The position numbers and the translations under genes are program-made. A DNA stretch of 64,000 bases from Eukaryota sp. GEM-RC1 (taxonomy: Eukaryota). This document shows positions 38,076-49,895 of the stretch, piece after piece. The notes below the pieces were generated by a model. It saw only the letters and a program-made list of their open reading frames with translations. It did not search any database and was not told the DNA's origin. Numbering within the stretch: the stretch's first letter is position 1; each line of letters starts with the position of its first letter. Where the stretch lies: contig JAUFOQ010000016.1 of NCBI GenBank assembly GCA_040285855.1, positions 3,410,001 through 3,474,000 on the forward strand, written 5' to 3'.

Positions 38076-40044
38076 AGATCCTCATTAACAACGTTCCTAT
38101 CCTCGCCACAATTGATTCAGCTTGCCAAACCTCCTGTTTCACCTCTGATATCGCCGAACTGACTAAATCTAAAGTCATTCCTTCTCCTCTTTCGTTCACC
38201 TTAGCTGATGGAAAATCAGCCAAATGCTCTGGTAACGCTCTCTGTACCCTCACCTTCTGCTTCGATAGACTGATCTCCCCTGCTGTCCATCTCAAATCTG
38301 CAATCCCAATTATACCTGGAAAATGTCAAGTACTAATTGGAGTTGACATTCTGAAGAAACTCGGCCTCCTGAAGAAAAACGGTCTAATGATCAAACTTAA
38401 TCATGAGCACAAGCGCATTCTTGACGTAGAATCTTGCTTAGATTCCCTCGTTCCTCAGCCTATCTGTACCAAAGAACCCGTTTCAGTGAATAAACTTACC
38501 ACCGACGAACTGACTCAATGCCGTATCTCATTAAGCGACAACCACCACCAGCTCTTTATCAATCTTATGAATTCCTTCCACGACATCTTTGGAACCCCCC
38601 ATCCACTAGGAATAGACTGCCCACCCATGCCAATTGATTTCTATAACAATGAAGAGACCTGCTACAAGAAAGGAAGACCTCTGAACCCTCACAAACTAGA
38701 AATCGCCAACTCCATCTTCGACGACCTTATAAAAGATGGCTTCGCTGAAGAAGCTCCCGCAAACTGTCCTTTTTCTTCACCCATTGTCCTGGTAATCTAT
38801 CCAGATGGGAAGAAACCCCGTCTTACTGGTGATTACTCTGGCTCTCCTGGCATCAACTCCTTAACAAAACCTATGGATGCACACCTACCCAGAATTTCTG
38901 ACATTTCTCTATTTTTATCAAAGGCTAACTTTATTGCAACCTTAGACCTGCCTAAGGCATTTTGGCAACTGTCCCTGGACCCCAAAGATTATCTTAAAAC
39001 CACCTTATCAATTCCCGGTCGATCCATCTACTTCAAAAGAGCCGCTTTTGGCTTGAAAAACGTCCCCGCTTTCTTTCAGAACGTTATGGAAAACATCTTC
39101 AACATGCCAAATGTTTTCATCTACTTAGATGATGTAATCATTGCTGCTGAATCTTTCGACATCCTGCTCGAAACCTTAAAGAAAATCTTCGAACTCGCCA
39201 AAGCTCACCGCGTAAGATTCGGTTTGAAGAAATGCGCCTTCGTAACTTCCGCTGACCCGATCAAAATTCTCGGTGCTATATTCCACAACAAGCAACGGTC
39301 AATCGACCCTGATAGAATCTCAGCCATTTCGAACCTCCCGATTCCATCAACAATCGGTGAGCTACGGTCATTCATCGGATCTCTCTGATTCCCTCGACCT
39401 ACTTGGTGCAAAGCTAAAGGACTTCCACCAGACAATGCAGACCGTCACCACTGTCAAATACAGCAGCGACAAATCCGGATTTCACTCTGCTTACATATAC
39501 TCAAGAGAACTACTGCTCGAAATGGGTATACTCATTAACCTAATCCAACAATCAGGTTACGCTGACCCCTTGAAGTGCTTGATGTGCAACCTGAATATAG
39601 AATTCAGGCCCAACATTAACACCTCCCCACCAATTGAAGTCAACGCCATCGATATCGAGAACTCTTGGCTCGACCAAATTAGAACTGCGCAACAACTACA
39701 TTGTAGCTACTCCAGAATGCTCAACCAACTCATCTTGGAACTCTGAACTGGAACTATTTATCACTAACAACGGAAAAATATTCATCCCTTCCCCCCTAAG
39801 AACTAACATCCTTCTGAATTTCCACGGCTACGACCACGCAGGCCACGAACCCTTCTCTGTCTGCGCTGAACGACTATCCCAATCAGACTACAACTGGCCA
39901 AATATGCTAGATGACTTAAAATCTCATATTAGAACCTGCCCCAGTTGCCAAAAATCCGCCGCTGTTCCTAAAACATCAGCTCCCCACACTGGCCAACTTT
40001 ACGCTTACAAGCCATTCGAATGTGTTCACATTGACACCATGGGT
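38033..40044 (+). pseudogene. Pol 5' part: protease, RT, damaged RNase H region, integrase HHCC domain
   Basis: ATIDSACQT, LDLPKAFWQ, FGLKNVPAFFQ, YLDD; breaks after FIGSL; H..AGH..W..C..CQK; ends HIDTMG at the hAT insertion. Confidence 0.9.
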
Positions 40045-41941
40045 CAGGGCCTACGGAAAAATATTTGTATTTAAATATTTAAAATAAATAATGATTTTTA
40101 ATTTATTTTTTCAAGTTGGGTTTCTCCATTATTTATTTTATGAAAACAGAAAATAAAAAATTATTTATATATATTTTTGGTTCTTTCCCTGATTCGTATG
40201 CCTCCCAAAGAGAATCGCCCTCTTCTACTTTCGGAAAATGAATCCCCAGGCAGACGAAGTTCCTGATGGTAAAGTCGGCTACAAATGTAGATTCTGTCCG
40301 GAACGTGACCCCGTTTTCATCAAACCTGGAACTGGCTATTCAAATCTGCTTCCCCATATCCACAAAGTACATCCGCAGTATAGAGAGGAGATGAATTTGG
40401 GTCACATTGACCGCTGTCTTGTATCTGAAAACGCTCGCCCAGACAAACCAGAAACTATTGCTTCTTGGTTATCTTGGGTGGTTGAAGACCTGGAACCCTT
40501 CTCTTTTCTTGAACGGCCCACGGTGAGAAAGTACGCCAAGATGGATTCAATATCAGAAGATACTTTAAAAGAGTACCTATCTCTGACATATATGGAGGTT
40601 GTTGCTGGCATTGCTGACTTTTTGCCTGATACCTTTGGTCTCGTTTTGGACGGATGGCGTCACCTTAACAATGCTGTTGAATTTGTGGGAGTATTCGCTG
40701 CTGTTCCTGACCTCAAAAAGATGATTTTACTTGGACTAGTACCCATTGTACTGGATGAAGAGTATGATGATGGAGTCCCATTCAACCCTTCCACTGTTTT
40801 GCTTGGACATGAAGCTTATCTCAACATATTGTATACTATCTTGGATGCTTATAACAAGACTGGCGAAAGCGTTGCCTTCCCTTGTAGGTGACTCTTGTGC
40901 TGTTAACAAGACTCTTACGACTGCAATGAATGTTCCACTAATTTGTTGTGCATCTCATCGATTTGCACTGGAAGTAAAACATTTTAGTTCTGAATACGAA
41001 AGAGCCCTGGAAAAAGTCGACACATTGTTTACACAGTTACGTAAAATCAAGAACTCCATGATACTGACCCGAAAAACTCAACTGAGACCTTTGAAGCGAA
41101 ATGCCACGAGGTGGTCATCAACCATCCAGTTGCTGAAACGATTTTTTCAATACATAGAACTCGATGTATTTTCTCTTTTGATGATTCTCTCCTTGATTTT
41201 GTTCCCTCCTTAACGCAACAAGCTGTTCTTCGAAGACTTCTCACTACCTACGAAAGTTTTGGAAATGTTACAAAGCATCTTCAAAGAGCTGACTTGAATC
41301 TGCTCCAAATTAATGATGCTTTTGAAGTGTTTCATGGGCATTTTCCTCAATGTACTGCTTATACTGCTGAAAATGCCAATATTCTGCACTCGATGACATT
41401 TGAAACTGCTATCGTCAAAGTTTTGAAGGGACAGGAAGTGGAGTTAACTACAGCTGAGAAGAATACACTTGTTAAATTTGAAAAAGCGCCTTCTGATATC
41501 GCACTGGAGTCAGCAGATATCCAATCTGATTTGAACAATTCTGCTCTTCGAAGGCAAAATGTGTCGCGTTATATAGACCTTTCATTCATCCCGGGTACTT
41601 CCAATGAATGTGAAAGACTGTTTTCAGCTGTACGGCGAACTATTGGTGAACATCGTTTTGGTATGAATGCTGGCTCATTAGAAAGGCAACTTTTCCTACA
41701 CTATAACCGTTCTTTCTGGAACACTGAAACTTTGAGGAAAGTTATAAGAAACAAAAAGTCAGCAGAAGTAGTCGTTATATTGTAAGAATACATTTTTCAA
41801 GTGTCATAGTATTTTTGTCTTAATGGTATAAATAATTTAAATAATTGCAATTATTTACTTTCTTCATCTGCAATAACTCATATTTATTTCTTCAAGAGAA
41901 AGTTGGCCATATTTTATTTAAATATTTTTTCGGAGGCCCTG
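40045..41941 (+). mobile_element. hAT DNA transposon nested in the integrase gene
   Basis: 22-bp TIRs CAGGGCCT(A/C)CG(G/A)AAAAATATTT; 8-bp TSD CCATGGGT at 40037-40044 and 41942-41949. Confidence 0.96.
40238..41785 (+). CDS. hAT transposase (two frameshifts)
   Basis: BED finger CRFC..NLLPHIHKVH, LDGW, CASHRF, RNATRWSS, TSNECERLFS. Confidence 0.88.
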
Positions 41942-42957
41942 CCATGGGTCCCTTCTCAATCGACTCCTCTGGATACAAGTACGTTATTGTATTCATCGAC
42001 GCCTTCTCCAGGTTCACGGTCCTCAAACCAGTAACCTCCATCACAGCTAACGATTGTGCATACGCTCTTATTGAATCCGTAATTTCTCATTACGGCATTC
42101 CTTCCAAAATCCACTCAGACAACGGTTCTGAATTTGCAAACAAAATCTTCAAAGATCTCTGTACTATCTTAAACATCTCAACCTCCTTCAGTATCCCTTA
42201 CGCCCACGAAAGTAATGGACTAGTAGAAAGAAGGAATCGTGAAGTCAACAAGCATCTAAAACGCTTTCTTTACGACACTAACTCCCATGAACATTGGAGC
42301 TCCCAGATCCCAATGGTCCAAATCCTACTCAATAGTCAGAAATCTTCAGTGACTCAATTTACTCCATACCAGCTCATCTTTGGAGCTGAAGTGGATCCTA
42401 GATCTCACCCTATCTCTCTCCTGACTAGTCTCGACGCTAGAAAAATGCACCCTAGCATGATCACTCCAACATTAGACTCGCTGGCCAAATTCTCAGCCTT
42501 TCTGCTTGAAAGGTGGGAAAAGGCAGCATCTAATCAGTTGTCATATGTCTCAAAGCTCAAGCAGTCAAAGGCTGCTCACAGAAGCCAACCCTTCAAAGTT
42601 GGTGATCTCGTTCTCAGACTAACAGAGAACCCTAAACGCCTCCATGGCCCCTGGCGTGGACCATTTGAAATCTTAGAAGCCTCTGATAAGTCCTCGACCG
42701 TGAAGATTCTTAACATCATCAGTGGGATACCTACCAAATGCTCAACTCGCCTTCTCAGACACTTCCACTCCGTCAGCTCGGACCCTACTTACCTCAAAGC
42801 CATAGCTGCCCTCGACAATCAAGAGTCTATCATAGACACTATCGTAGACGTCGACGGTGATGACGTTATTGTGAAATGGGCCGATGGCTCAACCACAGTA
42901 GAACCGCTGAACGTGATTCGCAAGACCGAAGCGTTCAAAAGCTACCGCAAGGCCTAG
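41942..42957 (+). pseudogene. Integrase core, GPY/F motif and chromodomain-like tail
   Basis: IDAFSRF, HSDNGSEF, SNGLVER, WRGPF, VIVKWADGSTTVEP. Confidence 0.9.
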
Positions 42958-43044
42958 GTGTATGTAGTATTATTTCTTACCCGTATTTCTATCTTATTTT
43001 ATCTTATTTTAAAGACTTGGTAGTCTTGAAGAAAGAAAGACCAG

Positions 43045-43139
43045 TGTTATGAGAAACACGTGTTATAAGTAGCTTTAGTTTCATTTTGACCTAACCTTTT
43101 CTTGGTTACATAAACCTATCTTTGCTATAACTGGCATCA
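43045..43139 (+). repeat. 3' LTR (95 bp)
   Basis: Identical to the 5' LTR. Confidence 0.93.
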
Positions 43140-43783
43140 AAGGTACAATGCAACTAGTTTAGAGCATCCACTTTGTTTTCATTGAACAAAATATGATTGA
43201 TGGGCAAAAATATATGCACCCTGCGAGCGAATTTCCATTTAAACAAAGAGTAAATGAAATTGACATCATCTCAGAACGTCTCCTCTGAGGTTCCAGTTTC
43301 GGACGACTTCTTAGTTAATGAGTCAGAAGAGAGTCAACTCCTCCTTAACTGACTCCTCATTCAGTTATCGAACATGGATTCAACAAACTAATCTCATATA
43401 ATGATTCAAAAAAACTAACCTACAAGTTTCAATGTTGACTTCTCAAAGTACTTATATTTGTAAATCTGGAAAATAGAATGACAACAACAATTGGTCACAG
43501 GTGAGACTAATTTCCGAACATCATTATTGTTCTAATATTTTAATTAGTTTGAGTGAGACTAATTTCCATTTCTCTTATTTAACCATAACCATAATCATAA
43601 TCATTACACAGCTCCATAAATTCTCAAAAGGAAATACTGGTAATCGAAATTTATTACCTTCAAAAGTGATGGATAAGTGTAAAAAGGTTAATAATAAATA
43701 AAAATAAAGAAACGAAAAACAATGATCTAAATGGTTCAAAAAAAAAGAAATACATGGACCAAGAACAAAATGAGGAAACAAAT

Positions 43784-45668
43784 TTAAAAAATTGGAAATT
43801 TCACTGAGATTATGAATTTTTTTTTGCATTGGCGAGCAACTTCACCATCTGAATCCAATGAAAGTTTTTCTAGACAAGGATCAATCAAAGAGTCTATCAA
43901 ATTTGATTGAACAAGTGGAAATTTGGATATTTCATTCAAGACTCGGGCAACATTTACCCTAACAGAGGGTGTGGGGTTCATGTATAACGGAACAACTTCT
44001 GTAAGCAAAAGTTCAATAGCAGACTGATTGAGATGTGGTAGAAAATCTGAAAGATGTCGTAAAATTGAAATTTTGATGAGATACGAAGGTGAATTACGCA
44101 ATATTTTCAGTATTTCCGGTACAACTGTCATTTCTATCCAAGTTGGTTTAAAAACATTGCAAAATTTCAAAATTTCAGATGATATAGCCTCTCTTATCGA
44201 ATAAACATCATCTTCGTAAAATTTTAAAAATGCAGGAAAAATTTTAGAACTCCAGATGCTTACATTGTCAACAGCATAAAGTTTCAAAATTTTACCATAG
44301 TTCTCTAAAACAAGAGAACGTATTGTCCAATCCTTATGGTGCACAGCCGAAATTAAAATTTCCGATATATTCTGTAGAAAATTGGAAGTCGACATAGATT
44401 TGAAACACTGTGGTGATAAGGAAACAATACAGGTAATTTTAATTCTGTAATTTTGATCGGATAAAAAAAGTAAAAATGATTTTTGAAAAAGCGTCAGGTG
44501 CTGTTGAATAATCCATCTTGAGTAATATTTTTCCAACAAATAAAGAGAAGAAAGTTTAACGTGAAAAAATTGATCGGTGGCAAGTTTTGGAAAAAAGGTA
44601 AAATTTCCGTAAGAATAACAGAACTATCATGAGTTTCCAAATTTAAATTTTTAGAAACAGTAATAGAATTTCTCCGATGTTTAAGGTCATCAAAATATCC
44701 CCTTTCAATTAATTCAGCCAAAGTTTTGATGGCTTGAAACCGTATTTGCTTTTCTGGATCAAGAAGAAATTTTGAAAATTCTTTAATAAATTGAAAGAAA
44801 TAAGACTCTCTAACTGGAAACAATGCTTCAAGAAAAAGAGAGAAATTCTGAACAAATTCCAGTCTGACTCTCCAAGAAGTATCTTTCATAAAAGATCGAA
44901 TAATAGTTAGGGTAACCTGCAGGTATCCACCATCAGTAATAAAACCTTCATTTGATTGGACAAAAACGTGACCAATTTATAGCAAAGTTGGATAGTGTTG
45001 ATTCTAACACCATCAAATTCATCTTCACAAAGAGATTTAATTTCTGAATAAAAAGAAGTTAAATAAGAGACAGCGTTGGAAGAAATCAATTCCTCCAGAA
45101 AAGGAAAGAGACACAGTGAAGCTGCTCTTCGTACAAACGGAGCGGAATCACTAATCATTTTTGATAGCAGAGCAGAGACGAACTCACGTGACTGTGTATC
45201 GGCGTACTTGTAAACCAAAGGAAGAAGAGGGCAAAGATTGGCTTTTGCCATAAACCAATCGTCTGAGAGTTTAAGTAGAAGTGGAACTAGATCAGTTGAG
45301 ATTTTGTCAAAAGAAAGCATTGGGATTACTTGTATCAAGCTTTGAATTGCAGAGGAGTGGACAGCTTTATCTTCTTCAGCAAGGAGATGACAAAGTATAG
45401 GAAGAACAAGATAGGCATTGGTTGAACCTCCGATGAAGGGAATAACAGATGGAAGTTGTTCTGCAAGTGCGGCAAGAACAGCGTCAGAATCGTCCTTCAG
45501 AAGTTCGGAGAGAAAAGGAAGTAGAAGATCACGAGATTTAGTTAAACCAAGAGCTTTGCAAATTGTTGGAAGTCTCCGAACGGAAGACAATCGAAGTTCT
45601 GTGTCATCGTTTTGTAATTCCTCAACAACTACTTGTAGGAGAGAAGGTTTCTTTAGTCGTTTTGTCAT
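43784..45668 (-). CDS. PPP2R1A: PP2A scaffold (A) subunit, HEAT repeats (frameshifted in this assembly)
   Basis: EELQNDDTELRLSSVRRL..ICKALG..RDLLLPFL, VLAALAEQL, DWF, DTSWRVR, DDVYSIREA, PSVRVNVA. Confidence 0.85.
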
Positions 45669-46053
45669 TGAAGAAAGAGTGTTGAAAGAGTTTGAGGAAA
45701 TTGGCTTCTATTACCTAGACTAAGGAAAGCTTCCCTTTCAAGCTCGACTTAACGAGCATGTCTATCCACGCTTCGGAAGACACCAAAGTGACGGCTGTTT
45801 GGTCCTATCTCTGGATGGGGGAGAACCATCTTTCTTTCTTCCTTTTCTCGCAAAGTATGATCTCTCGCTGGATAAACAGTGCATTTACTCCTTCTTATGA
45901 TAATCTTTCATCTTCTCATTCTGACCGTCACAAGCTGAAAGCATATGTCGACTTGGAAATCTTGATTGATTATGTTTTTCTTTTGTTCATAAAGTTAAGC
46001 CATATATGCCAGTCTATTATCACTATCTATTGTCTTTTAGTTGTCACATGTAT

Positions 46054-46142
46054 TACAACATTTGTAACACAAGATGTGTAATACAACATTTGTAATACAA
46101 GATGTGTAATACAACATTTGTAATACAAGATGTGTAATACAA
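46054..46142. repeat. Minisatellite, 28-bp unit x ~3.2
   Basis: TACAACATTTGTAA(C/T)ACAAGATGTGTAA at 46054, 46082 and 46110. Confidence 0.9.
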
Positions 46143-46223
46143 AATGAAACTATCAAAATTACCTATATTGTCCAATCTTTTCAAAATTAAATATAATTCA
46201 AATAAAACACACATTCCAATCTT

Positions 46224-47983
46224 TTAATCATTTTTCAAATACTCTTTCAAAACATGAAACAATTCCACAAGCACATCACTACAATAACGTTCATCAACAT
46301 TATCCCTATTAATCACATCGGTAATGTAACAGTTTCTTATTGTTTTCACTTCCATATTTGATGAAGAATCAGACCCAATACAATCTAGTACATTATCGAC
46401 AATCGACTGAATTCCAATAATTAAGTCCACTCTGAATTGTTTGTAAGTAGCAACACGATTATACTCCAAAATAGGAGACAATGATATTGTTTCATAATTC
46501 ACATTGTCAGTTTGTTGATATTCACATATGTAATCACATTTTTCATTTTCAAAGCTTTCAGTCTGAACTTCCTTGAGACAAAATCGTTTTTCATCATCAA
46601 TAAGAGGAAACACTTGGGAACTTTTTTCTTTCTATACCAGCACTGACATTCTTATTTAATAATAAATTCTTCGTTGGTAAAGGGGTTTTCTTCAAACGAG
46701 GGAGCGATGGTAGAACACTTTTGCTTCGTGGTAATTGAGGAAGTTTAGACTTTTTCACAGAAATCTCTGGGGAATTTTTGTTAAAAATTGAGTCATAATT
46801 AATAAATTTGGGAGGAATATTAGTTTCATCTTCTTCATCATTTACCACAAAATCATCTAAACTTGTTGAAATTGTATCACTGTCAGATTCATCACCAGAA
46901 TCGGATCCTGATAGTAGTGCTTCTGTTTCAAATAAATTTGATTTTTCGAAATGATTTTTGTCCAAGTCAATAATTTGATTATCATTATTTTCAATAATTT
47001 GTTCATCAACATTATCAACAATAACTTCATCAACAACTTCATCAACACAATGAACATCTTTAGGAACAACAACATCATCCATAATTGGTTCACTCGATTC
47101 TCCACAAAATTTTGCAAACAATGAATTAAAATGATTGAAATCTCGTTGAAGACAATGTTGATTTCCCAAAACATATAAATCAATAGTGGATGGCTTAACA
47201 GGATGAAAAGTTGAATAATACCATTGGTACAATTCCAAATTTGGTACTGGATAACTTCTTCCAATGCTTAAAATCTTTAAACTCCTCCAAGATCTAACCC
47301 TACTTAAGGTCACATAAAGTTGGACATATTCCCAAAACTGAATAGCAACTTCAATCCCGTCGATTGTTAAACCTTGGGATCGATGCACTGTTATTGCCCA
47401 GCAAGGTCTTAGCGGAAACTGAATTCTTTTCGCCACTTGAACAGGTCTTCCGATATCGTTCAAGTGTTCGATAGCAAACCTTGACTGACTAATTCTTTTC
47501 GGTTCTACTTCAGCGTTGAACCGAACATCAATATATGAATCTGAAAAATTAACAATAACTCCTTTTGAACCATTAACTAGTCCAAGTTCAGGCTTATTTT
47601 GAGTGTACATCACTTGTCCACCTACAACGCAGTCTAGTTTTTTTTCAGCAAAGTCATCCAAGCGACTTGTCAGGACCGAAGTTTCAATCTCATAATATTT
47701 TTCCAAATTTTAGATTCTTTGACTGGAAATCTAGAACTTCTTTTTCTAATTTGAGATTTTAATTCAGATTCATTGCATTTGTCAACAGCTACAAATTCAA
47801 TGGAATCTGAATTTTGGCCAGAATTTTGAATTGTTTTAAATTCTCTCTAGCAACATCAGTGTTCTTTCCGTATAAAATTGTTGGGTTTTCAACAGATTCT
47901 GCTGTTTCGAAATGAGTACGCAGAATTGATATAAAAGCACTACATGTAGTCAGAATATACACAACAATCTTTAGAAGATTCAA
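46224..47983 (-). pseudogene. PIF1-family helicase C-terminal part with acidic tail (Helitron-like or other transposon-borne relic)
   Basis: QVMYTQN..GLVNGSKG, QFPLRPCWAITVHRSQGLT, QLYVTLSRV; Walker A/B half absent. Confidence 0.78.
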
Positions 47984-48494
47984 GCAAACTATGGAAGTTT
48001 CGGTTCCCTAGTTTAGCTTTAACTTGACGTCATCTACCTCTTTCTGCCACATCCATTTTACGACCCACTAGACCAATCGCCCAGCTCAATGAGTTGATTG
48101 AATTTCTGCTGAACACTTCGTTTGGAAGTTTGGATCCTTGACTTTGATCAGCTTTGATGACGTTTACTCCTCTTTTCTTTGTGCTCGTGTTGTGGTGGTT
48201 GCTCTAAGAACATTCGTTTCACTGACGGGATGTCCTGAATTCGTTAATATCACAACTTGACAACCTGCTTTTTGAAGGAATCAATGTAAGAGGGATTTCG
48301 TTTTATTGTATTGTATTGACGTTTCAAATTTTCGCACAATAGATTATTGCAATTATTGCAAACAATATTATTTTGAAGTTCAATTACTCTAATTAACCTA
48401 ATACTAGCCCCCGTTTCTGAAGAAGTTTAATGGTTCTAGATTTAAGTGCTTCGATTTATACAAAAAGTGCTTCGAGGTTGATCTCGAAGCACTA

Positions 48495-48578
48495 AAACCG
48501 TTTCGCAAACGTGATTCCAACCCCAGAATTCCTAGTCACTCTTCAACATCCACCGGAGTATATCAATGCGTCAATTTT
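48495..48578 (+). repeat. 84-bp duplicate of PTP gene exon 1 (52362-52445)
   Basis: 82/84 identical by direct comparison. Confidence 0.95.
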
Positions 48579-48656
48579 GCACCTCCTTTGCGGAGGTGTT
48601 GCTAATCTTCTCTGTTTAGTTTCCATTTTAGTGGAGCCAAGGGACAAGCCCAAGGC
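48573..48656 (-). ncRNA. U6: U6 spliceosomal snRNA gene, 3'-truncated and chimeric
   Basis: Minus strand reads GCCUUGGGCUUGUCCCUUGGC (5' stem-loop)-UCCACUAAAAUGGAAACUAA-ACAGAGAAGAUUAGCA-ACACCUCCGCAAAGGAGGUG-CAAAAUU: ACAGAGA box, AGC triad and ISL with a GCANA loop. Confidence 0.88.
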
Positions 48657-49895
48657 AATCTAATTGCTGCAATGAGAGAAATTTTGGTCAATGTAATGAT
48701 TGCTGTATTTTGTATTTGTATTTGTATTAATACAAAGCCCATATTGGTATTTTTTTGGTATTGTTAGTATCATTATTTAGTTATCAGCATTTAGTCTTAT
48801 TCAATGAATACATGTACGATATTTCTTTAATACATTATGTTATTAGATTGGTTTTTTTTAACTTATAAGTGAGAATTTTTCAAGAAAGTCTACAATTCAA
48901 AGAAAAGTGCTTCGAGGTTTCTTTTCTCGAAGCACTTTTCGAAGCACCATACAGTTTTCTTTCTTGTATTGTTCATCACTTTTTCAAGGATGGTTTTGAG
49001 CGGGTGTAATGAATGAATGGAAGATCAGCGAATTGTGTTCCCAAACAAAGTACCATATGATCTCTTTCAACAACGAAGACGAACCTAATGACGTATCAGA
49101 TCAAGATACATTAAGAAACTAATTATGTCCTTGTTAAATTTGTTACACAACCCAAAAAATAGTCAAATTTCAGAGAGATTATTCTTGTACTGAGACTGAT
49201 TTCGTTATCCTGAGTTATTCAAAAAACTACTATGATCGTCATCATGCATTTCAAAAATTATTTTTGACTCCTCAACTATGATAAGTAAGCTTTCTCTCTT
49301 AATGTTTCGGTAAATAATAAGGTAAACCATGGATATGATCTAATTAACAGCTCTCAAATGTTAAATAAATTCGTCGTTGAAAACGTGTATTATTGACAAA
49401 CTGAACAGAATGAACCACACAAGAAGTGTAACTGATAACTGTGTGGAATTAAAACCAATGAGACAAAGAAACATCTTATTGTTTACCGTACTTTCTAAAT
49501 TGTATGTTAGCAGCGTGATCCGGCTTAGCCATATTATATTTGCCATTTAAGTATTCCCATGTATTTTTTCAATAGTTTAATTTTTTACAAGTTTAGAGAT
49601 AGAAAACAGTACAAACAAAACAACACTTGTTAACACGGCCAATGTACAAAACTGTAAAATACAAAAATCATTCATTTTTTTAAAAAAAAACGTACAGATC
49701 AAGTCCATCAGGAAACTCTTCAATAGCTAAGATTGTTTTGACAAAGTACAGAAATTATGTAAAACAGAGTTTAAATTAGTATATACGCAAAAAGAGAGTA
49801 TAAACCTAATGTTCAACATATAAATAATTCAATAATGTGTTCAACACAACACAAAAAATATTGAAAATTTTCCAATTATTGAGATAACTCTGAAA

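Larger units (their letters stand above)
36429..43139 (+). mobile_element. Ty3/gypsy LTR retrotransposon with chromodomain-type integrase; internally damaged, with a nested hAT
   Basis: Identical 95-bp TG..CA LTRs; order gag-PR-RT-(RH)-IN; purine tract GAAGAAAGAAAGA before the 3' LTR. Confidence 0.95.
48446..48947. mobile_element. ~500-bp non-autonomous cassette bounded by GTGCTTCGA inverted repeats and hairpins
   Basis: GTGCTTCGA at 48446 and TCGAAGCAC ending at 48947; hairpins at 48466-48493 (11-bp stem) and 48902-48940 (15-bp stem); no TSD seen. Confidence 0.6.

Noticed and set aside
45758..46081. 107-aa ORF or pogo-like transposase relic
   Set aside because: Only a vague LLL.DNLSSSH resemblance across frames; not supportable.
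46054..46142. CRISPR-like array
   Set aside because: Contiguous tandem units with no unique spacers; eukaryotic context and no cas genes.
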